DNA from: Balanoglossus misakiensis
Taxonomy: Eukaryota; Animalia; Hemichordata
Direction of reading: 5' to 3'
NCBI GenBank assembly: GCA_040954595.2
Contig: CM082588.2
Coordinates: forward strand, 6,336,202 to 6,400,201
DNA: 64,000 bases
Position 1 is the first letter of the stretch, and each line of letters opens with the position of its first letter. Positions 1 to 12,200 of this stretch are shown here, in pieces. Under the pieces are notes generated by a model. The model saw only the letters and a list, made by a program, of their open reading frames with translations. It was not told the origin of the DNA and did no database searches. The position numbers were made by a program, and so were the translations under genes.

Positions 1-292
1 CAGTCTCACTGTGTGCTGTGCATCTTTCTATCAATTTGCATTTCGAATTTCTTCGTCTGACCTTATCAGACCCAATGAGGCTAAGTGTGAAGAGGTGACA
101 GTGCGATAGTGTGAAGTGACAAAGGACTGGAAGAATGTTTGAAACTAATGAAAGGCAATAAAAAGGTATAAATAAAAGAATTAAGGTGATACAGTGTTGT
201 TTTGTGGAAAAAGCCATCAATAGAATGGTGCCGTGTTTTACTTTAATACAAGAATGAGTATGAGAAAAGGTTGACATGCCAACACCACCTAC

Positions 293-3200
293 CAATCTCT
301 CTGCCTTCCGCTGTTCCACCTCGGCCAAGATCTCCTGCCGTCTCTTCTCCTTGGCCTCCTCCCTCTCCTTCTGCTTCTTGAGACGTTTCCTCTCCTTCTT
401 GGCCAGCCGCTTGTCGCGCTTGGCCTTCCACTTGGCCAGCTTGGGCGGCAGCAGACGGTCGGAGATGTCGGTGTCCTCCACGACTAGCATGAGAGCGGCA
501 TCTGGGAAGAGCCCCATCTGGCCCAGATACTGTGTCTCATCCGCCGTGCGCGGGAATCCCTCCAGCACAAACCCAGTGGATCTGTACAGACAGAATGATA
601 ATCAAATGAAAATTCCACAAAAAAGAAATCATTCCAATCATACAATAATTCACTCTTGACATTACAGAATGGAATTTCCCCTCCATGGGAGGTTTATAAA
701 AAAATTGAGGTAATTTGAAATTAATAAACTCTCTGCAAAAAAAGATACACACAGTAGCTTAAATTGCTATCATGTTTAATTTACAGGGGAAAAATTGAAC
801 TCAAAGCGAGGCCAATGGGGAATGTTGACCAATCACATTATGGGGGTTTCCCTATTGACCTCGTTTTGGGTTCAAATTCATGATGGCTGTCTGTGAGGGA
901 GTGAATCCACACTATATAACTTATGGGCACATCGTCTGACCCTCCCTAGCACTAACTCCTTGCTTACTTGAAGGGTTCCTTGTTCCACCATTCTGGTACA
1001 ATATTATCCAGTATTTCTGGTGGGATGGGTTCATCGTCCTGCAAGTTGTTCTTGATTGCTTCTTCCTCCTCAGTAAACTCAACTTCCGGCTCCTCATCAG
1101 CCTGAAAAAATAAAGATGAAAACAAATTAAATTTCATTTTCATAAACTCCAGAACATTGTCCACTTTAAAATACATGTACATGTATATGCAAAGCTAAAG
1201 GTGATTTTCTCACAGTCAGATGTGATGTTTTGGGGGTATTACAGACACACTCACAAGCCAACAGTACTGTCAGCTGTACACATCCACCTGATTTCCACTA
1301 GCATAATCCATAAACTTCAACCCTTGTTCCTATGGGAGATTCTCACCTTCTCAGCATCTGCATCACCGCTCTCCTCTTTGTCTTCACCTTCAGCTTTCAC
1401 CGATGTACCTACACAGTCAAAATAACAATTTCAAAACAGTTTTCATCAAATGCTGGCACTATGCCTCACCCATCTAATTCAATTTCCAAGTCGACCGGTC
1501 AAACCACGCAACTGTTAACAGCTGGATTAAACCAAAATCCACTGATGACAGGGGTGAAAGACTGTAATCTCACCATCAGGAGCCGTGACGGCGGCTTCAT
1601 CCTCATCCTCGTCTGGCTCCTCCTCGTCCTCCTCGAACTCCGGCCCGATCTTCTTCTTGGTCTTAGCAATGATGAGCTCCTGCAGGCGCTCCTTGAAGGC
1701 GATGTGGAAGAGGCCCAACGTCTTGGCCAGGTGTCTGCCATGCAGAGTCTTGCCAGCTCCCCGGGGCCCCAGGATCAGTAGACGTATTGGTGGTGCCTGT
1801 CAAGAGGAAGTTACATAATTGTAATCACACCAGTATCATCATTATATTAGCTCCAATGCAGTCATATTAGTAGGCAGCAGACATGTCACTGGGGTTCCCA
1901 AGTCATTTACCAGTATTCCCAAGCCTAAGCAAAAACACTACAACATAATAACGACAACGTTTTCTGTGTTATTCATGGAGTGTTTGTCTGACACAATCAT
2001 GTTTTAACCCTTTCACCATCATGGTTTGACCCAAATCTATTGTATTCTATGGTGAACTTGGACCTCTATAGAGGAAACTGAGATTGTAAAGGTTAATGAT
2101 GAGATTGTGAAATTTCACCTTCATTGGTCTGTCCGTGGCCACGTACGGTGCCGGGTCGTTTATGAACTTATCCCGTATTTCTGCACTGGAGAAGTAATAA
2201 AGCCTTTCCCTGTACTTGGCAGCCACCTCCGGATTTCCGGGATACAGCACATAGTTCTCCTTCAGGGCCACCGGACAGAAGTGTTTGGTGTCGCCAAACT
2301 GTTTCTTCTTGTTGCGTGCCACTTCTTCATCCTGCGGAAAATCAGAGAGAGAAGAAAATGAATAATCCATGTGTGTACTTCAGAACTGGTATGTGCATTG
2401 CTACACACTGTGGATCACGCTGACTCCCTTGTTACAACTGGGTCATCAACCAGCAACAGAAAGGTGGCTATATTGGTGTCTTAGAAATTTTCAGAATAGT
2501 GTAGAAGGTGAACAGTAGCACATTCGTGAATTGCAGAGCTGTCCACCACAAGAATCACTGGTGGTTTTTGGTAAAGATTAAAAAGTCCGCACCCATCCAC
2601 CCTCCATCATTCACTGTGGATCTGAGTTACCTACCTCCTCCTCCTCTTCCTCCTCCTCATCATGTTCTGCATCTTCTTCCTCCTCATCGATGTCAATACT
2701 GGTGTACTCCCATGGCTGATAGCTGTAGGCTCCTGTCACATCAAGCAATTAACACAAGACTCAGTTTTCTGCATTCATTATAGCATCTTTACACACTTTC
2801 AATTTTGTTTCATGGTCAAATTTTAGCAATGTTAGCTAACCTGTCTATAATTAGACCACCTGTCTATAAAGGCCAGGTTAGGAAAGTCCCTTGACTGGCC
2901 AATATAGCGAGGTTTAACAATACTTGTCTCAAAAATATAGATCACACAAACACACACACACACACACACACACACAGAACACTCCACTCACTTTCAATAG
3001 CATTGACAGAATCCTTCAGCGTATCCTCAACTTGTCGCACAACCGGCTTGGTGTCTTCCTTTTCCTCGATCAAATCCACAATGATGGGTTCCAGGGAGGA
3101 TGTCCCGGTGATCAGCGCTGTGATGCTGGGCCATTCCGTCTCGAACAACTGCCTGGAATCCTTGAACTGCTGCGTTTCCGGTCCCTCTGGGGGAAGCAGG

Positions 3201-6200
3201 TCCTCCTGCTGGCTCTCAACGCTCTCAACTTCCGGAGTAGTGCCTTCTGATTTGCCTATAAAATCCAGAGTGGTGACAATTTGAGTTACTTTTATGACTT
3301 AGTTGACAGATGTAAGCTGCTGCTAACCTGATTGTTGATTGAATGCATACAGAGAATGATTTTCAGCTACGTAAAATTAGGGATGCATTTTTTGACCAAT
3401 TTCACAAACAATGTGTAAATAATTGATGCAAAGAGGTTTAACTATACAGTCCCTACCATGTTGTTCACAATTTCTGTACCAATTTTTCAAAACATATCAC
3501 ATGCCATGCAAAAAATCGTCACGCTCGTAAAAAACATATACCACATGCTAAACATGCACGGACCATATGCAAATTTGAACCTTTGACCCTGTATTCAAAT
3601 CAGCACACACCAACCAATCAGAGGACTGAGAATGTGGGTGGTCACACCACAGAATAGTCGGGACATGATTACAGGGGGGTCCAACTTTTCATGCCAGGGT
3701 TTCAAACACGATCGCAAGACTTTGGGTGGCGTTTACCTTTTTCCCCTTCTACTACCTGTAAATTTGTTTAATCTGTATGCATTACTTTACATATCATTAT
3801 CATAAATTATCACAAATTATCAAAACCTTCTGACAAAGAATAATAAAAGTAGAATCCACATTATTTTATATATATGGGGAGAGCATGTTCTGTTCTTTGT
3901 TGAGATCTATGTGGAAATAAAACTTAAATGAGTAAAAGTTAAATTGTTTGTAACACTACTAAAACTTCATACATGCATGATTTTGGCGTTTTGAATGAAT
4001 TCGGTGCACACAAACCCATTAGAACATGCTCTCCCATAACTTTGGATACTGCAAGATATTTTATTACAAAGCTCTAGTCCCATTCACCAAAATTACCAGT
4101 TTAATATTTACCATATTACCAAATATAGACACCATCACCTTGTATACCATTATAAGCCCAATTTACTTAATATTAGTTTGGCCTTGATCATAACGCCCTT
4201 ACAGCCCTATGATACAATTATCCAAGTTTATAATCTTAGTTTATACTATATGTTTATTTGTTAAAATTTACCCAGTTAAAATTAACCCAGTTATATTAGA
4301 CTTGTACACAGGCAGTGTTTGGATAAAGGTACTTTATTACACCCAGTATGGAGGAGGTTAGCCTTTATAGAACATCCCATTACAGAGCGGGGGGTACAGC
4401 TGGTTAGACTAGGAGGCTGAATTCCGATATTAACTTTAGATCCCCCTACCTTCACCCTTACCCTCTTCACTCCCACTACCCTCCTCGGGGGTGGCCCCTT
4501 CTGGGGCAGCGCCACCCTCCTCCTCATGCACAACACCACCACCACCCTCCTCTTTGGGGGACGCCCTGGCCTCCTCCTCCTCAGCCGCAACCTCTTTGTC
4601 TGTTTCCTTCTCACCTTCCTCCTCGGCGCTCTGGGGCTTCTTCTCTGCTTCAGCGTCCGACTCTGTGACGTTGTCAACGACAGAGGACAGCAACACAAGA
4701 TGTCAGGCGGGCGGGCAAAGTGACAGAGTAGCAGCACAGGCAAGCAGGCATTGCGGCAGATAAACAACAATACAGTTGTAAGAGAAAAAAATCACAGACA
4801 TGTTAGTTTGTTTTTTTCAGTCTGAAGTCAACACAAACAATAGATGACTAAGCAATGCAGCAGAAATATAATCTTCATTTCCAAATCACCTGATTTCTGC
4901 TGCAAAATGCTCTTCATCTTACTATTTGTGTTGAAAACATTGACATAGCCAGCAGAAGCTGTGATGTTCAACAGAACATTTGCTGAAAACAATATCGCTT
5001 TGGTTTTTTAGCATAGTAATCAGTGTGTTAGTATGAAATATAAAAGCATTTTATACATTGTCAAATGTATGTGCATTCAGTGCCAGTGTTAGCTACACCA
5101 ATCAACTTTGCCAATCTGAGACCATCAAATATTCCAGTAATTTCTTTTGTTACTTATCCCGTCAGACGCAAGTTGTTGCTCACTTAACATTTTCTCTCGT
5201 GTTTTTCAGATCTCCTATTGGCAAAACTCACTGGTGTAGTGAATAAATGTGTTATAATAAACATACACTTCATCCTGCAATGTAGACATATTTCATCTGT
5301 ATGCAATACAGCCATAGTTCTCAAGAAATCTCAATTCTCCTTCAGAATTTCCGATATCAATATTTTTGATATCACCATATGATGAACATACTAACAATCA
5401 CAGGACCAGACAAAAATGCCTACATTTAGCAAGATGAAGTGAACAGCATATTAAAAAAAAAACTTTTCAAAACACATAAATAGAAAAATGTAAAACATAA
5501 AATGTTCACCATTAACATGATGATGTACATTTCACCGGATGAAATCCACATTTTGATGTCACCCTTTAATCTTTGACGGATGTAATGGAATTTTGTGGTC
5601 AACACTTGATCATCCGTTTCAATGGACATGCTGGAAAAGGGTTACCTTACAAGTGAGATGGGTGTTTGACATTAACACGAGCGTGCACACTATACAGAGA
5701 CCAGTTACAGTTACTACGTTACTAATTTATAATCTACTTCTATGTCTACCCACAACCACTGGATGACGGATAAAATCTTGTATTATGACAACAAAATAAA
5801 TTGTGTCGTTTCAGACTTATACCTGGTACGGGCGGCGGTTGTGTGTCGGTCGCAGTGACCGCCGAAGGTTCAGTATCGACAGCAGTAGTTGCAGTTGCAG
5901 TTGCAGCAGTAGGGTCAGCTTGTAGTAGTGAGTAATGGAGAATGTTGACAGTCAATTGCGGTTGCACACACACGATTCATGCATTAAGGTGCCCCTCCCA
6001 TGACACACCCCCGTTCCGCCACTCAGGATGGTGCGCTCCCATTGTTGGCAATGAACAGATGCACCATCTCGGTTGGGGAACGGGGGTGTCTTAGGAGCTG
6101 GGAAAGTGACTAATGTTGACTGGTAGGGAGGATAACTTAATTGCTACATTGTTTTGGATATTTCACCCCCCCCCCCTTTTTTTAACAGTGGCACAGTCCA

Positions 6201-9200
6201 ATTGCCCATCATACATATATATAGGAATGGCTCATTTTATTTCAAAATAGGTGAATTCAGGCCAGCAGTCAACAGAAGTCAGATTGAAATTGAAGACTTG
6301 ATTGATGACATGAACACAGAGCTGTTTGTTATTCAACGACAGAAAACATGAAAGATGTTATGTTATGAAACAAGAACATGAAAACATAGACAAAGACACA
6401 ATACATGAAATGTTGGCTGTACATAGTAAGACAATGATATGCAACATGACATATAGATGTTCATAACATGACAGAGAACACAGAATGATATAAGATTACA
6501 TATAATGTAAACAGATGAAATTCTTGTAGTTCACACATGACATTAACATGAAAAGCACAAGAGGAAAGATCTGAGACAACTGAAAAAGCCAGGAGACAAA
6601 CACAACGGAAAATTATCAGTTGGCAATAGACTAAAATTTGGGCTTCAATTCTATTAACCATTGATAACATAACTGATTCAGGTATTTTTCAAACCATACT
6701 GATTACAATTTTTAGATCATGCTTTTCTTGACTGACAAATTTCCAATGACAAAATTAGCATACATGAAGTCTCATTTTTTGCCTGCTAACTTGAATTCAG
6801 TTGTAAACATCACAGAAAAGAATATATGAGAGACACAAATAAGACTTGTGATTGGATGATTCAGGAATAGAAGCAGGTGGTATATGCAGATAAGCAAGCA
6901 GGAACAATAGCATTTACTAGTAAGTTAACAGTGTAGCAGTGTGTGGCGTTTATTAAATATAATTTTCCTCTACCCCTTTCACTCCCATTCCCTGCCCCCC
7001 CCCCCCCCCAAAAAAAAATAGTGGTCCAAAGGTGGTGAATTTGAAAGGGATAAAATTCGGTGTCACCCTGAATAAAACGTTTGACTGTCTTTTACTTTTA
7101 GCTTTAACAGGTGGTGGATGTGTAAAGCTCATTGCAAACAGGAAGTACAACGGACAGCAACCATTTTTGTGTGATGAGGATGGCTGTGTGGTTTGGAGGG
7201 ATGGATAGGAAACTGGTTTGGATACAAAGTGGAAGCAAGCAATTACCTTCTGTCGCCGAGTGCTCGCCTTCACCCTCGCCCTCCTCTCTGCCTTCACCTT
7301 TTTTGTGGAATAGAATAACCCGAGCAGGTCAAACAACATGCGGTTAAGAGTCCAGAGATGGGACAGTGTTTCCCAAAGCCATCAGAGTTGATGCTACAGT
7401 GCAAGTACTCTGATTGTCAGGGAGGCAGTGTGTGGGGATAGCATGCAATATGTTATGTGGATAGACTGTGGGTATGGGTGAAGTCTGCAGGAAACGGATT
7501 GTGTGAGTCAAGGTGCGTGCACCAAAAATAAACATAAAGACAAACATAAAGGTTTTAAGAAACGCCATAATTCATGACTACTCTACCAGAACTTATTCAA
7601 CTCAAATCTCTTTTCGTTTTCTTCTTCTACAAACATGCAACGCATGCAACTACAACCTAAGGCTGCATTCACAAACACCTCTGGAGGGGGGGGCGGGAGA
7701 ATTCAATTTTTTTTACCGCTAATTTTCACATGCCCCCCTTCTGAACTGCCAATATTTTCAAATCCCCCCCTTCCGAACTGCCAAAATTTTGAAATCCCCC
7801 CCCCCCCCATTTTCTTTCACAGAGCAAAACACATCACCTATCTATCTTGTAAAAAGAAAAACAGCGCTCCCATGAAAAGAATTTGAAACTGATGTTTCCC
7901 CTCATCAGTGGGTATTAAAACTGAACATTGTTTTTATTTTTTAAGTACATATATTTGTATTCTGTGTTGGGAGACATTGTAAACCGAGAATTGAAGGGGG
8001 TGGGTTTGGGAGGGGGTGTCCCCCTCCCACGTAAGAAAATTTTCTAAAATACAGAGCTCAAAGCTGCATTTTAATGAACCTGGCAAAAGCAAATTAACTC
8101 AACTACCGGTATGTTGGGGAGGACAAATTTAACCGTCGCCGCTCAAAGTTATCATGGGGTGGGGCAAGTCCCCTGACCTGGGACACTAGATAAATCAGTC
8201 AATGATTGAAAGGTGTTGATGAATGGAGGGGGTGGGTGTGGGAGGGGGTGTCCCCCTCCCACATTAGAAAATTTTGTAAAATAAAGGGCGCGAAACTGCA
8301 TTTTTGTGGACTCAAAATAAATATTTAGTTGTTAAAGTTTTCAAGTCCCCCCCTTTCAGTCCCTAAATTATTTCAAATCCCCCCCCTTACATACCCTCAA
8401 TTTTTTCAAATCCCCCCCCTCAATTCTCCCGCCCCCCCCTCCAGAGGTGTTTGTGAATGCAGCCTAAGCAATTGTCAACAAACCTAACCTCATGGCATGC
8501 ATAAACAGAATCAAGTAAAAATCTGCACTTAAAATTTCAATACAGGCATGCGCAGTTGGTGGAATGCTAACTGTGAATAATCAATGACACAATATACTAG
8601 ACAAAACAAAACATTAAATACATTATGAATAGATTGGGAAAACGGCAAATGTGAGTGTGTGTACATGTATGTGTGTGTGTGAGTGTCTAAAGAGAACTAT
8701 GGAATTTTGTTGGTAGATCAATTGACTGTAATAAAGTGCTTGGTGCATGATGATATGGGTATGACCAAATAGTGCTAAGAACTGGTGAATTTCAGATGAT
8801 GCTGTACTGATCAGTAACTGTACTGTGTGTTCATACCATGATGAACATGTAGCTGTGAGAGTGACTGCAACACATAACATGTGGCAATGCAGTTGGTCAG
8901 TCAGTAATATGTGACAGAATGTACCATGTGACCAAGATCATGTGATTGTCTTGGTGATGTATGTGTGTGGTGGTCAGTAAGGTGCAGGTGATGTACATGT
9001 AGGTCTTAAAGTGTGAATAACAAAGTGTTGTAAACATGTTTGTGTATGATGTTCCAAGTGAATGACACAAGACAATCATCTTGCTGAAACTAAATACTAC
9101 AGTGTACAAAGAAGTTAAGCTGCTGTTCTCTGGCTACGCTGCAAAAATGATGAAATTCCTGAAATAAATTCAAATATTTTATAAATTTTAGTATAAGCGT

Positions 9201-12200
9201 ACCTTCACTTTCCTCCCCATCTTCGATTCTCCGACGTCTGCGTTCCTCCTCCTCTGCTCGCCTCCTCTCTTCCTCTTCCTGGCGTTCCCTCTCGGCTTCC
9301 AACCTGTAAATACAAGAAGGGTTTTGATTGGTGGATGGCGACCATTGAACAGTCTCCTCAGTTAGGGTTAAGGCACTACACCATCGAAACTGGACCGAGC
9401 ATATAACTGCTCTGCAGCTTTGTCCAATTTTCAAATGAAAATAAAGCAACAATACACTGAATACTTAATAAGTATTTCGCATTATGTGATGCGTGTGAGT
9501 GTGCCAAGGTCGATATTTCCATCATGCTTTGGAAGAAGCCAGATCCTTCATGCATGCAACAAAAAAACCACCACACACGCCGGGGGAGAAAATCGTGCTG
9601 GTTATTATAATTGCAAATTTGCATATCACACTGTCAGTTTTGTCTCAGCTAGGGGTCTTGAGCTTCAATCCAACTGTGAAACCTGGTCACCTGATCAACA
9701 CTAGCGAATCAGATGACATGAGAAAGTGAAGTTTTCCAAGAAGGCCACCTAGCTTAGCCAATCTGAACATAACTTTTGCAGCTTTGGGGAAGACTGTGCC
9801 ATTAGATTGCTGGGGGAAACAGCCAACATCACCAAAACAAAACCCGGTCAGCAAAGGTTGGGAAATGCAAGGGGTTTGGGATTTTTTTCCTTTTTTATTT
9901 TTGGCACGCAAGTTACCTAGAGTCTGGGAAATCGCCATCTTCTATTGGGCTGTACAGGTATACAAAGGAACAAACAATCAAGCAACATTCTACTACGAAC
10001 AAACAAATACACAAACAGCCAAAAGGGGTGGAATCTGTGCATTTTTCAGTCTACATGCAAAGAAAAAATATCTACAAAGTTTAAAAAACATAGTGAGCAA
10101 ATCATACAGAATATAAATGTGCCATACATGTAGTACATTTCCGACATCCCTAAAACCTGTTAAAAATAGAACATTCCTGCTGTTTCCTATGGTCAAGTAG
10201 ACCTTAGTACTTCTAACAGGGGTGAATAGAGAGGGCCAGATCCTCAGTCTATTTCAATGATACTGATATCTACTGCTGTAATACATGATCAAACATCAGT
10301 CTATTATATTGGAAAGTATTTTTAAGTTTCAGGACAAAAAGTATTAATTCAATTGTATTTATTTAAAATAATATTTTATTTCACCTGGCAGCCTCCTCTT
10401 TCCTGGCTTTCTCTCTGGCCTCTTCCTCGAGACGCTTCTTGATTTTGTCGTCGATCTCGGCCCGATTCAGCTTGTACCAGCGTTTCAACAGCATGGTGCC
10501 ATTCTCGCTGGCGTCTCGCAGACAGATGACCTCATCGGGCATCAAGCCCCGGTCGATCATCACCGTCCACTGGTCGCGGGTGCGTGGAAAGTTGTCCAGA
10601 ATCCAGCCGCCGGCCCTGTCCAATCACAGAAAACACAATCTCAGTCACTTAAAAAAACCCACTTCAGTTAAGAATATAAGGCTTTACAACTTTAACATTT
10701 CCGTTCAGTTGCATTTTTACATTTTCTTCAGTGAATACAGCTCATACAACATATACATTGATACACTCAGTGCTAGGATAAGGGGACAGGATTTGGGTAG
10801 CAGGCAAGTGTTGGATATGTAGATGTCCAGGGGGTGACTTTCCTAGAGCTGAATATGGCACATACAGCAAAATCAATCAGCGCTTGGATTTGGAGATATG
10901 ACTGGGGTACCAGGTAAGTATTTTGTATGTAAATATCCCGGGGGTAACACTCCTAGCCTCATACAGAATGTACATACATGGGTCCATTGGGATCCTTTTT
11001 CTTCAGTTCCTTCTGCACCTCACTGATGGCCTCCTCCATGGCGTCGATGTACTGCTCGGGGCTGAGCGTGTACGTCTGCTGTTCTGCGTCCTTGACGGCG
11101 GCTTCGACGATTGCGACGACCTCAGGATGGTTGGCGTCCACCACCACCTCGGCCTTGGGAGCGACTTGCGGGGTTGATAGAGCTGGCGTTTCGTCACCAG
11201 TGACTGTACCGTCATCAGCTGAAAGAAATGGGCAGCCACGTTTTACATATATACAGTGGTTTTCATTATTGTGTCATCAAAGGCTGGTCTCTGACAATAA
11301 TTGTCAGCAGAAATGCAGGGAGATGGGAAGGGACTGTATTAAATGGACATTAACGTTTGAACAGGAAACTGCAGTTGAACACAGATCAAAATCACTAAAC
11401 CGGCCATGATATGATTTTTTTCTTACCTTTAGAACCTTCTGTGTCAGCCTGCCCTTCGCTTTTCTCACCTGATTTCTCTGTAGAAAAGACAATTTTTCGA
11501 GAAGAGTTTTTGAGAGACTGTGGTATACAAGTTACAGAGTTGAGTGCAGTTGGGTTAGTTGAACTTACATGAGTGGGAAGATGCTATCAAATGACGGTAG
11601 TCAAAACTAAATCAGGTAGTAAATTATTTTACATTATATGATATTGTACTGTGACAAAGTTGATTATATAAAAAAAATCATACAATCAAGTTTTTTTTTA
11701 CAAAACTGGCCTTTCTTTTGGTCCAATTGACTCCCATGATTCAAGTCATGTTTGTTTTTAAGGAAAATTGGGTCAAATGGTGATTAAACAGTCAATAGTA
11801 ATAATAAAATCATCAGCATCGTCCCTGTCAAAAACGAACAGAGGAGGGAGGGAGGGTATTTGTGAGTGGAGGAGAGAAGACAGACATTAACAGATAAACA
11901 AACACCTTAGATCCCCTAGAAGACAAATGACATATTCTAAAATTTATAGCACACAATGATACACATTTTACACATCACCTGGTATGAGGAGAAAGAGAAG
12001 TTACTCTTATGGCTAGATTGAGTTCAAAAATTACATATGAAATATTAGACAAATGTAAAATTATGCGTATAATTTACCAGTTATTTTACCACACAGCTGT
12101 GATACGTTAGAGTGAAGGTTATTTCTTTTTCCTTAAAATGCGCTCCAAAAGTGCCCAATAAGTTTACTTCCCCTTATGTTATAGATTCTCCAATATTGGC

